From positions 114,330,001 through 114,394,000 of the forward strand of contig NC_058373.1 in assembly GCF_018350175.1 (NCBI RefSeq): DNA of 64,000 nt. The letters are read 5' to 3'. Under the pieces are notes generated by a model. The model ran no database searches. It worked only from the letters and a program-made list of their open reading frames with translations, and had not been told where the DNA came from. This DNA comes from Felis catus. Its lineage: Eukaryota. This document shows positions 1 to 11,045 of the stretch, in pieces. How positions within the stretch are numbered: the stretch's first letter is position 1; every line of letters begins with the position of its first letter. Both the position numbers and the translations under genes were made by a program.

Positions 1-180
1 ACGATCTCGCGGTCCGTGAGTTCGAGCCCCGCGTCAGGCTCTGGGCTGATGGCTCGGAGCCTGGAGCCTGTTTCCGATTCTGTGTCTCCCTCTCTCTCTG
101 CCCCTCCCCCGTTCATGCTCTCTCTCTCTCTCTGTCCCAAAAATAAATAAACGTTGAAAAAAAAATTAAAAAAAAAAAAA
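1..180 (+). mobile_element. Young felid CAN-SINE (SINEC_Fc-type), cut by the window edge
   Basis: B-box GTTCGAGCCC, GGCTCTGGGCTGATGGCTC body, (CT)n tract, AATAAA and A tail; near-identical to copies at 4149 and 24689. Confidence 0.95.
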
Positions 181-439
181 GATACGTTTGCTAAATTGAC
201 AAATTTGATAAATTCAAAGAATTGATGAACTGATTCCTGAGCACATTAGCTTCCAGAGAAAGCCTGCTTCTCAGGAGAGAAAATCAATTTCTCCCTCAGG
301 GCCCAGCAATCAGTATGTTTAATATAAGGTCACTCAGATGTGAGTAAACCCCACACCTCACTTTCAGAATCAATTTCAGGGTCATAGGGAAAATGGCTAA
401 TCATTAAGGGTTACTGTCATATGTAAAGGTAGCAATGTT

Positions 440-900
440 TTTCTTCTTTTAGAGTGCTTTTAGATTATATAACATTAACACTAATTTTATAAAATAAAAC
501 CACCTGTATTCTGCCATTCTAACACAACTATCTTTTTTGCAAACAGCTTTAAAATATCAGTACATACCTTACAGATTGACAAAATGTACATACTTTTTTA
601 TATTCTACCTTTTCCATTTACTACCACATAAGAAATATTTTCCACCATTCTGCAAAAGCATTATCATTACCATTTCTAATGGTTGTATAATGTACCGTGT
701 ACAGATTTGCTATAATCTATTCAACTAGTTTTCTAACATCTTCTATCTCTAGGTACTAAATTGTGGCCCATTTTTTAACAGCAGCAAGCGTCTTCGAACA
801 TGCAGTTTGTTTCTTCGAACATGCAGCTTCCTTCCGTTGAATGATTTCCTTAGAATGCATTCCCAGGACTGGAATCCGTGGTGTGGTGGGAATCAACAAT
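440..900 (-). mobile_element. Old L1 (L1ME-like) fragment
   Basis: AT-rich; degenerate antisense L1 motifs such as ATTTCCTTAGAATGCATTCCCAGGACTGGAAT. Confidence 0.55.
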
Positions 901-3526
901 TTAGAACGGAGTACAAGATCCAAAGACCATTCCTGGGATGACACGAAACATGAATATTGTAACCCTCCATCAATTCATACTCTGGGAGCCCGAGGAATGA
1001 GACTCACGGTTAGTTTTATGGATCAATTTAAGATTGGGTCATTGAAGAAGTTGGACAAGTAGGGATTCTGAGCTTCCTCCGGAATCATGATCTTTTGTAT
1101 CGGGAAGGACACTGTAGGTACTTAATGTCTTCCACTTTTGATGCATAATAAAGATATAGCACTTAGCTCATTAACAGCCTGGCATAAGTGAATTGCATCA
1201 TTAACACTCCTTGCCACATCACCCAACATGTCTAGGTAATATCCAGAGGCGTCCCACTGAGTCCCAAGACCTTGGGAAAGGTGGAGCCACCTCCCCCAGC
1301 TCCCATGCTACCCTCTCTCCAGCTGCTCTGCCAGTAGAAAATGGAAGGGGGATCTGGATGTAATGAAGACCATTAGCCAGTCTCACTTCCTATTTAAAGC
1401 TGATGTGGTGACAGTGTGCTGAGGAACCACGGAAAAGCAGGAGGAGAACTCTGGTTGCTCTCCAGATGTGCAACATAAGGAGGTCATTCTGATTTCACTT
1501 CCATGAAGACACGAGTTGCTCAACAAATAGTTGTTGATTGAGTAAATGAATTGACGGCTTTTGCCCAGCCTCGTAAACCCTCAGGCTCCCTGCTCCCCCA
1601 GGCTGCCTCGATGTGTTCTGTAGGGGGCGCTCTCACTGCAGCCTTCACTGCAGCAAACACCTGGGAAGCAAGCAGCTGCGTCTTCCTCCCTGGCAGTGCT
1701 GACCTTGGCTTTATATATCTCCTGGATCTGACCTCTTGGAAGCTGTCGACAATGCTCACTCTCAGCAGGTTTTCTGAGCCTGACAAAAGGCAGACGGATG
1801 GGCGCATCAAAGCACAAACTGTGTGCGCTGTTTATTAGCTGGTTGACCACTCTAGCAGCTACGGAGTCCCCCTTTCGTGAGGCATCACGGGAGCATCCCT
1901 CTGCCTGGAACCTGGAGCCCTGGTTCTCCCTGGTTGGCTGTCTTCTCTGCCTCTCTCCAGCCTGCTGGAGTTTTCCTCCCTGGCCGCCCAAGCAGCATCT
2001 CTCTGCAGGTCTTCAACGTCTCTTCTGGGACCTAGCTACCCCAGCTGGGAAGGCAGCTTGTAAACTCAGAGCCAAGGTCATTCTTCCTTCCCTGGTTCTC
2101 TGCCTCCTCCCAGCCATAGGATTTCTTGGAGGCTCGCGTGGGACACCTCAAGCCCCCACTCTTGTTTCACCACAGTCAGGAATCAGGTAAAGGCGGAGCT
2201 TTGGTCCCACCAATTGCAACAGCGGGAGGACCGTGAGGAAGCCACCTGCGTTCCCCTTTCTGTTTCCCTCTGCGGGGCTTCTGAATCTGCGGTACACAGT
2301 GGAGAGGCGTGCTTCCTGTCCCAGCCCAGCTGTCATGAGATAGCTGGAGAGGGCGGCCTCCATCCAGTTGGCTGAGGTTGGGGCCCAGACAGACACCTCC
2401 TAGTTCCCACGCTCAGGCAGCAGGCCTCAAGCAGAACAGGTTTCATAATCTCACCTCTGCCAGTGCTTTTTGCATAATGATCTGCCATTTGGTTCCCACA
2501 TCACAATCATAGTATTTATCTATGCAAAACAGCACCTCATTAAAAAAAAAAGAAAGAAGAAAGAAAGAAAGAAACACATCACCATTGGCCCAACCCCTCA
2601 TTAGAGTATAATACACAGGCACTGGGCACACCCAGGGTGGAACCAGCACCAGACTAGTCGGGTTTGGGGCTTCTGGGCGTCCTTGGTGCTCCGCATACTG
2701 GCTCTGTCTCCACCTCACCTCGTTCCCCGAGCAAGCTATGTTGCTCCCCAAATCTGTGCGGTGGGAGATGACAGAGAAACCCTGTGGGATGAAGAGATGG
2801 ATCCCCTGGGGGCTCCTCTCCTCCAAGGGCCCTGCTCCCCTGCCGTGTTAGCTCTACTTAAACCCCTTCCTTTTGTCTTCAGTCCAGTTTGTACAATGAT
2901 TTTGCTGACTCCTGACCTATGTCTACCTTTGTTTCTCATCGGAATGAAAGCTCCAGGTGAATAGGAACGTGTTTATTTTTTAGAGCCTAGCCCAGCGTGG
3001 GCACCTACAGACCCCTACTAACTATTTGTGGAATGCCCCGTGCAATTTCTGACTTCGTTATAATGAATTCCATGATTGTTTCTCTGCCAAACCACTTTTC
3101 CCATTCTCACTGGAGGTACACCCCCTTTCTGGTTCCTTAAACAATCTTTTCAATCCTTAATGCCCCAGGTCTTAGAAATAATAGTTTAAATTCCTTCATT
3201 TTCAGCAATAATCTTGTGCCTTGGGGACTGGCTGAGTGATTTTAGTTTAGTGTGGAATATTCAAAATATACAAAAGGGAAATAAAGAAAAATATAACACC
3301 CATGTACTCAATACCACCACCAACACCAACACCAACAAAAAACCCCAAACCAGAAAGCCTTACTTACAACCGAAGCCCCCAGACAATCCTGATGCCATTC
3401 ACCCCTCCCCCTTCCTCCCCCCCCCCCCCGAGGAAGCATCTATATCCCAAATTTGGTGACCATCAGAATTTTTCACAGTCAATATATATCACGTTTGCCA
3501 TCAGATAAAAGATTGACACTATTTCT

Positions 3527-3752
3527 GGGGCTTCTGGGTGGCTCAGTCAGTTACGCATCTGACTCCTGATTTCAGCTCAGGTCATGATCTCGGGGTCCGT
3601 GAGATCAAGCCCCGTGCTTGGGATTCTGCCTCTCTCCTTCTCTCTGCCCTTCCTCACTTGTGCTCTCGTTCTGTCTCTCAAAATAAATGAATAGACTTTA
3701 AAAAGAAAAAGAGTGTACACTTAGGTAAAAAAAAAAAAAAAAAAAAAAAAAA
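3527..3752 (+). mobile_element. SINEC with internal deletion and double A tail
   Basis: GGGGCTTCTGGGTGGCTCAG head, CT tract; TSD AAAAGATTGACACTATTT (3507) / AAAAGATTAACACTATTT (3749). Confidence 0.93.
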
Positions 3753-3869
3753 GATTAACACTATTTTCCTTCTGAAGCCATTTTCTCCTGCTACTTGGGT
3801 TCACGTGTGAATGTGGACGGGACAGGACACAGTATGTCCTGCAAGCCGGGGTCACACCTGTGTTCCCAG

Positions 3870-4020
3870 CCTCACTCCACTCGTGTGCCACACCTGCTCT
3901 GTGCCCCAATTTTCCTATCTGTCAGACGGCGGTAATAATACCTGTCTCTTCCCTACTTCTCGGAGTGTGCAGATAAAAACGATAGATGCAAAATGCTTGC
4001 AGCAAGGAAGAGAGGCACTA
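3870..4020 (+). mobile_element. MIR fragment
   Basis: CTCTGTGCCCCAATTTTCCTATCTGT...AATAATACCT resembles the MIR core. Confidence 0.55.
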
Positions 4021-4148
4021 GATAACCCCAAGTGGGCAGGTAGGACACGCAGCCGGCATCCAGAGCAGACTGCTCACGATGGAGAAAGATGTGCTGAGTG
4101 CACCCACTTTCTGATGGAAAAGCACCTCATTAAAAAATGAGGTCCTCT

Positions 4149-4367
4149 GGGCCGCCTGGGTGGCGCAGTCGGTTAAGCGTCCGACTTCAGCCAGGTCACG
4201 ATCTCGCGGTCCGTGAGTTCGAGCCCCGCATCGGGCTCTGGGCTGATGGCTCAGAGCCTGGAGCCTGTTTCCGATTCTGTGTCTCCCTCTCTCTCTGCCC
4301 CTCCCCCGTTCATGCTCTGTCTCTCTCTGTCCCAAAAATAAATAAAAACGTTGAAAAAAAAAAAAAA
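4149..4367 (+). mobile_element. Young SINEC_Fc, full length
   Basis: Intact A/B boxes, CpGs retained, perfect 16-bp TSD AAAAAATGAGGTCCTC (4132-4147 / 4362-4377). Confidence 0.97.
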
Positions 4368-4756
4368 TGAGGTCCTCCCGATGCCAGGACCTTCCCACCA
4401 CCCTATCAGCTCTATGAAAGCTCCATGGAAAGGTCTCCCATCAGTGCTTGTAGGATCCTACAGTTGTGTCGCTTCGGGCCACGGGGACTCAACACAGTCA
4501 GTGATTTCTCACCCTCACTGTGCCTGGACCTTTCCTCTCTCCCTTCCTGCCTTTCTGTGGGCCAGGGCTGTGCGGCCTCCACAGCCAGCTCCTAAGGGAT
4601 GGCGGGGACCAGGCCAGCCGTGCACTGGAAGAGATGGGGAGACAGGAAGGTCCATGGGCAGCAGTCCCCAGCAGCAACAGAGACTGTGAGGTCCATGTGA
4701 AGGTACCGAGTACATTGACCACAGAGATCTACAAAGTGTGAGGCCCCCAAGGACCT

Positions 4757-4780
4757 GAGAGAGAGAGAGAGAGAGAGAGA
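4757..4780. repeat. (GA)n microsatellite
   Basis: Seen directly. Confidence 0.9.
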
Positions 4781-5539
4781 TGATTGAAAAACACAAAAAA
4801 ACCAATAAGTTGACATCAAAATACAAGCATAAAAGGTAGATCCTTCCCATCTACGGCCATCTACCCACATTTGTGTCAGAAGGCTTCAAGCGTGGGGACC
4901 ACATAGGGTGAAACAGAGCGCAGTTTGTCTGGCTGGTCCACGAGGCTCCAGAAGGCTGGTGATGGGAGAGACAGGACAGTCAGCAGACAGAGGCCAGAGA
5001 CTGAAGTTTGCCCAAGATGCCGGCCCCTGACTGAAGCGGTGGAGGCCTCTGAGGTGTGTGGCCGTGTGGTGGAAGAAAACGGCAAGCTTGGTAGGTAAAA
5101 GAGTTTACTAACACAGATGTTATCTCTGGCGGAGAGGCAGTTACTGTCATCGGAAAATATTCCCACATGTGCTAAGCACATTCGGCACTCAAGCGGGAAA
5201 GGTGAATCAGAAGGCTGGTGCTGTGGACAAAATCAAGTATGAGAGCAGCTCGTGGGTCCCCTCCTTGACTCGCCAGGATTGGCTGTGGGTTCCAGGCATC
5301 CATCCTGTGGCTGGTACCCAACTCAGCTCTCCAGGGAGACAGGGCTCCAAGAGAAATCCCAAAGAGGCGTGCTAGCTGCCGGGAGCACAGAGGTCTGGAA
5401 CTCCAATGTGGGATGTCAGGAGCGGCGGGTGAGGATTGAGAGGGTTGGGATGTAAGGTAAGGCCACGGTTGGGAGCCTCTCCAGGGGAAAAGAAAGATTC
5501 CTGGGCTGGCGGTGGCTGAGAGAGCTCACTTCTAGATCT

Positions 5540-5675
5540 AGCCCAGCCCAGCTGCTTCCCATCTGGGTGACTGTGGGCAAGTCATTTCATCTCTCTGTGC
5601 CTGTTTCCTCATATGGAACACAAGGGGATTGCACTGGATTGCCTCTAGGGTTCCCGTTGCATTAACATCCTAAGG
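5540..5675 (+). mobile_element. MIR3/MIRc fragment
   Basis: GTGACTGTGGGCAAGTCATTTCATCTCTCTGTGCCTGTTTCCTCAT core. Confidence 0.75.
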
Positions 5676-5899
5676 CCGGTATCATGGGACAAGGAAGAGA
5701 CTGACACTGGAATATCTCTAAATGGAATGCTCAGGGCCACCTGAACAGAATACAGTGGAGAGTTAGAACCTCTACTTGAGGACTCTGAGAACAAGCCGGA
5801 AAAGCCGTCCTACCACCGGCAAGCCCCGCCTCCCACAGCCACACAGCATCCTGACCTCATGGCCCTGATTGATGGTCAGAGTATGAGCCAATGGGCTCA

Positions 5900-6100
5900 A
5901 AGCTGAGCAACGCAATTCCGGATCAAGTGCTTCTGCCTGCTGTGTGACTTCAGGCAAGATAGTTCTCTTTTGGCCATGCCTGTTTCCTCATCTATAACAA
6001 TCTCCGCCCTGCCACATGAGGAAGCTGTGAGAATTCACTGAGTAACACCCTTAAAGCACTTAGCTTGCGAGGGGGGGAAGAGTCCCACATAAATAGGAGA
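5900..6100 (+). mobile_element. MIR fragment
   Basis: GCTGTGTGACTTCAGGCAAG...TGTTTCCTCATCTATAA...TAAAGCACTTAG. Confidence 0.7.
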
Positions 6101-6504
6101 TGACGATGATTGTTGTGACAGCTGCCGGGCTCCCTTACCTTGTCCCCAGCCCTTCATTTGCTGCTGACGGAAACTAACCTGTTGTGAGTCACCACTGTCT
6201 TGTTCTCAAGGTCGTTCACAGAATTTCCCCTGAGCATCATGTTCATGGCTAGCTCCATGGCCAAGGGACAAGACCTGGAAGAACAAGGCTGAGAAAACAT
6301 GATGCCACAATTTCCCTGGCACCTGATTCCACTTTGCTATTTACCCACTAGACTCAACGTTTCATAAAGGCGGGGACCTCTGGGCCACCATGTTGCCCTA
6401 GTACAGGGGGCATCATTTGCTAGTTTTTAGATGGTACTCAATAAACCTTGGTTCAACAAGTGAAGGGCACAAACTGCTCAGCTGATATTTGAGTGAAATG
6501 AAGG

Positions 6505-6543
6505 AAATTAACATATTTTAACGTCCACCCTGTGCCAAGAACA

Positions 6544-6574
<31 letters not shown>

Positions 6575-6725
6575 CACTTATTCCTCTCAGCAGCCATATG
6601 GAAACAAAATGATTCTCCCATTTTATGGTTGGGCTAACTGAGGCTCAAGCATTAAGTAGCTTGCCAAGGTCTCACATTACCGAAGGGATAGATATAGAAT
6701 TTGAAGCCCCAGGACTGTCTAGCTG
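6505..6725 (-). mobile_element. MIR
   Basis: CCCATTTTAT...AACTGAGGCTCA...TTAAGTAGCTTGCCAAGGTC (antisense core). Confidence 0.75.
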
Positions 6726-7952
6726 GGTTCCAGTCACAGTGCCTTGAATATGGGTATGGAAGGTAGGCAACCTCTTTGAACCAAGATAAACTGAGACACC
6801 TTCTTCAACAGGTATTTCCACTGGACCAGCCAAGCAAACAAATACATTTGGCCCAGACAGGCTTGGGCTGCCCTCAATCCTATAGGACTTAACTTGGTCT
6901 GTCATGGACCAGTAGGGCAACAGCGTGGGAAAGGTGCTGCCTGTGAGCATTAACAAGGCTCCTGCCCCAAGGTTGCCTGCTGCTTGTTAAAAAAGAGCCC
7001 AAGTTTCAGGAGGTCTTCAACCATCTCAGGGGACCCAGTTGAACTTGAGCTGTCCCTCCTCCCTTTTTTCTCTGCCTATTTTTACTCCTACCTTCCCATC
7101 ACATACATACACCCCAAATCTCTGCTACAAAGTATCCCCCCAAACACACAGATACACCATGTCTATTCTCCTTTCCCAGTAGAACTCCTTGGCTCCTGGA
7201 AGACCGGTGACCCTGACAAGCAAAGCTGTAGACACTATGAACCCATCAAGAATACCCAGGAACACAGGGTGTTTCTTTGCCCCAACATCACTAAAACCCA
7301 AGAGGTGAGTTAGTAACCTTTATTTTCCACTCCCTGGGGGGACATTTTCCTAGGGTGTACCACACTGGCCTCCCTCCCCAGCCCAGTGGGTTGACCCACA
7401 TTCAGCCCCACCATTCCTAAGCTTTGTTGACCTTCGTTAGTCCTTTGATATAGGAACAATAATCTCTGGTCTGATATCACAAGGAACTTGGGCTTTTAAA
7501 AACCTACAATGGGCTGTTTGAGTGAGCAGCCTTTAAAAACAGCTCATGAGGAGAGGTACACATTTACTCAGGCCTGTGGCGCTTGTAAAGGGATTATTGG
7601 CAGTTGAGAGGCACTCCAGCTGAATGTCTCTCCCAAGGTCCGGTGACTCCCCCCTCACCTGGGGCCCCATAACTGCCAGGTGCCCTGTCAGTCGGCCAAC
7701 TGCTCAAGGCTTCCCTGACTGTAGGGTGCTGAGACTGTGTGAGCTCATCGAATTCCTCTTGTTCTTTCCAGAGATCCACTTCAGGCAGCTCTTCCAACCC
7801 CCAAGAGACGGGGGTGTCTTTGTGAGAAAAATTTCTCTAGAGCTTTGCTCCCTCAGACGAGACATACAGAGCAACTTCACTACTCCGGGCACGGAGGACC
7901 CAGACTTGATTTTACCCTTGTGAGGCTACATCTCAGCTCTGCCGATTCCCAC

Positions 7953-8433
7953 TGTATTCATTTGCTAGGGCTGCCATAATAAAATCTCACAGAATTAAAC
8001 ATATTTACATATTTACTCTGGCCTGTGGCACTTGTAAAGAAATTATTGGCTGTTGACAATAATCTGAGTGGCATAAACAACAGAAATTCATTTTCTCACA
8101 GTTCTGAGGGCTAAAAGTCCAAGATGAAGGTACGAGGAGGTTTTGTCTCTTCTGAGCACTCTCTCCTTGGCTTGCAAATGGCCGTCTTTTCGCTGTGTCC
8201 TCACATGGCCTTTTCTCTGTGCATGTTCCTCACCCCCACCCCCTGGGTCTGTATGTCCAAATTTCCTTTTCCTATAAAGATACCAGTCAGATTGGATTAG
8301 GGCCCTCCCTAATGGCCTCGTTTTAACTTAATTACCTCTTTAAAGGCCCTATCTCCAAATAGAGACACATTCCAATGAACGGAGAGATTAGGACTTCGAC
8401 ATACAAATTTTGGATAGAATTCAGCCCTCAATA
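7953..8433 (-). mobile_element. MLT1B-like MaLR solo LTR carrying a 70-bp foreign insertion
   Basis: TGTATTCATTTGCTAGGGCTGCCATAA...AAACAACAGAAATTCATTTTCTCACAGTTCTG...GATTGGATTAGGGCCC...CCTATCTCCAAATA matches antisense MLT1A/B. Confidence 0.9.
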
Positions 8434-8785
8434 TCTGCCTTAGCCAAATCATGTTCCCATTCTGTGTCTTCATTTTCCTCACCTTGAACCCATTTCCAGG
8501 CCAGCGGCCTTTCTGAGGAAGACAGATCTTCCTTCAGGAAGATCTGTATAATGAATGTCAAGAACAGAGTGGAAAGGAGTAAAAAACCCCTTGTGAGGTG
8601 TCCTTGAAAAGCCAGCAGCATCTGATGCCCAGCCAGGAACCATTCTCTCTTTGGAATGTCTCCTGACTTCCAAAGGTGTTGTTTATAGATTTTGATTCAG
8701 ACACTTCCAGGTGAACTCAGCCGTCTGTCAGTTAAATAAAGGAGACACATTTCTGTCTCCATAAAATATCTGATGCTGGCATTTT

Positions 8786-9006
8786 AAAAAAAAATTGTAA
8801 TGTTTATTTATTCTTTGAGAAAGAGAGAGAGAGAGAGGGAGAGAGCAGGGCAGGGGCAGAGAGAAAGGGAAACACGGAATCCGGAGCAGGCTCCAGGCTC
8901 TGAGCTGTCAGCACAGAGCCCAACACAGGGCTTGACCTCACAAACCGCGAGATCATGACCTGAGCAGAAGTTGGACACTTAACTGACTGAGCCACCCAGA
9001 TGCCCC
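8786..9006 (-). mobile_element. SINEC
   Basis: Antisense SINEC ending GAGCCACCCAGATGCCCC; TSD core TGATGCTGG at 8771 / 9007. Confidence 0.95.
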
Positions 9007-9254
9007 TGATGCTGGTTTTTTGTTTGTTTTTTAAAATATTTTCTAGGCCTCACGGGTAAAGAATTGAGTTAATCGTGCTATTCTACTCAGGGCATCACCA
9101 TGCCCACTGTGTTCCCCTCACCCCAAAGGTCACTACACTAATTTGTTTCTAGATGACCTTTGTTATATATATCTCCTTATAAAATATATGGTATTATTTT
9201 GTGGGCAGTTGTGTTTTTAATTTTTGAATGCTATACTCTAAATAGCAATTGTTT

Positions 9255-9468
9255 GGGGCGCCTGTGTGGCTCAGTCGGTTAAGCGCCCAACTTTGGCCTG
9301 GGTCATGATATCAAGATTCGTGAGTTCGAGCCCCGTGTCGGGCTCTGTGCTGACAGCTCAGAGCCTGGAACCTGCCTCAGATTCTGTGTCTCCTCTCTCT
9401 CTGCCCCTCCCCTGCTCGTGCTCTCTCTCTGCCTCTCAAAAATAAATAAATGTTAAAAAAAAAAAAAT
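9255..9468 (+). mobile_element. SINEC, inserted in an old L1 fragment spanning about 9100-9780
   Basis: Full head to tail; TSD TAAATAGCAATTG on both sides. Confidence 0.95.
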
Positions 9469-10336
9469 TAAATAGCAATTGGTTGCCTGCTTTTTTTTTT
9501 CCAGCTATAATAAAATTGTCATATTATGATATGTGCCTGTAGTTCCCTCTTTCTAAGAGCTAGGAGTATTCCATCGTGTTTGCCCTCCACAGTTAACTTG
9601 CTCATTCCCTCAGTGATGGATCACTAACCTGCCACAAACAAGGCTGAGGCGAATACCCTGATGGCCTGTACTAGAAATGATGCAAGTGAGAATCCCAGGA
9701 GGGGGTTCTGGGTGCCAGGTAGACGCAACTTCACTACACCGAGCCCTTCCAGATTGCCGTCTGAGATGACTGGACCAAACAGAGCTATTTAATTAGGGGC
9801 TTAGTACGGTGCCATGACTAACTTCACCAGCTATTAGCAAAAGAATTCTACACTGGTACATCAGGGTTTAACCCAGCTCTGCCACAGGCTGGCCGTGGGA
9901 TCTCATACAAGCCACATCGCGTGACTCGGTCTCAGGATCTTCTGCCAAACGAGTGTTCCGGACAAAGTCAGCTCCCAGGCCATTGCTAGCTCTTCAGGGA
10001 ATGCACCTGAGGGGGGGAGTGGGGGGAGGGGGAAGGGGGCAGAGGCGGGGAGGAGAAACAGCTATGGACAACCCACCTCCTGGCCTTGGAAACCTTTGCA
10101 AGTAACTGAAGAAGACTGTTTTCCTCACCTTTCATTTGGAAATACATATGTAATAGGACTTCTTTGACAATTAAATAAAATGCTATAATACAGAAAGCAC
10201 TTGGCACTTGGGGAAGATGCTCAAGCCAATCAGTTCTCGTCGCTTTCCTTCACCCACATTTCTTTCCCTGTTGTTGTTTTCAGTTGAAGAATTCATCTTT
10301 ACTGCTCTCTCGCTCTCTCTTTGAAAAAAAAAAAAC

Positions 10337-10511
10337 TTTTTTAATGTTTATTTTTGAGAAAGAGAGAGACCGACAGACCGTGCACATGAGCAGGGGAGGT
10401 GGACAGAGGATTCAAAGCAGGCTCTGTGCCTTCAGCAGAGAGCCCATGAACAGTGAGACCATGACCTGAGCTGCAGTTGGACGCTTCACCCACTGAGCCC
10501 CCCAGATGCCC
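10337..10511 (-). mobile_element. SINEC (diverged, internally deleted)
   Basis: ATGTTTATTTTTGAGAAAGAG...CATGACCTGAGCTGCAGTTGGACGCTT...CCCAGATGCCC. Confidence 0.9.
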
Positions 10512-10519
10512 TCTTAAAC

Positions 10520-11045
10520 TTTCTGTAAATGAAATCATGGCGTATATGCCCTTTGGGGTCTGGTTTCTTCATTCAAAAAACGTGGCCTCAGTTGTTTCTA
10601 CTGCTCTTTCTCTTTGATTTCCGTGTTGTATTCTGCCGCGTGGCTGCGCAGTGATCCATTTATCCATCCTCTTACAGCTGGACGCTCGGTTCCCATTTGG
10701 GGATATCAGGAATAGAAGTGTAAAAACGACCTGGTATTTTTCTTTTGGAAGACATATGAACTCCTTTCTCTTGGGTATATACCTAGGAGTGGGATTGCTG
10801 GATCACAGGCATGCTTGCATTACTAGATGTTGCCCAGAAGGGTCCAGACTGGTTGTGCCAATTTGCACCCCCACCGGCAGTGCATGAGAATTTCCGAGTT
10901 GCTCCCCAGCACTTGAATCTGTGTCTCTCTCTCTCTCTTTTTTTTTTTTAAGTTTTAGCCATTCTGATAGATGTGTGATGGTATCCCAGAGTCTCTTTCA
11001 TTCATATTCCTCTGGTGACTATGTTGAACACCTTTGTTCATTGCC
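10520..11045 (-). mobile_element. Old L1M fragment (ORF2 end / 3' UTR)
   Basis: TTGGGTATATACCTAGGAGTGGGATTGCTGGATCA, TTGCACCCCCACCGGCAGTGCATGAGA, TTTTAGCCATTCTGATAG. Confidence 0.85.

Noticed and set aside
2531..4137. AGCACCTCATTAAAAAA at both 2531 and 4121
   Set aside because: 17 bp including an A run, with no extension; plausible by chance in 64 kb
4018..4401. 127-aa ORF, and the similar 190-aa ORF at 24303-24875, sharing GRGRERGRHRIGNRLQALSHQPRAR
   Set aside because: Antisense translation of SINEC_Fc; the shared peptide reflects the repeat, not a gene family
7594..7797. Protein-looking minus-strand ORF (EELPEVDLWKEQEEFDEL...) and a + strand acceptor-like TTCCTCTTGTTCTTTCCAG
   Set aside because: Non-ATG start, no recognisable family and no convincing paired splice sites; a non-coding exon cannot be excluded without RNA-seq
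10262..10283. Acceptor-like CTTTCCCTGTTGTTGTTTTCAG
   Set aside because: Runs directly into SINE/L1 sequence with no supportable exon
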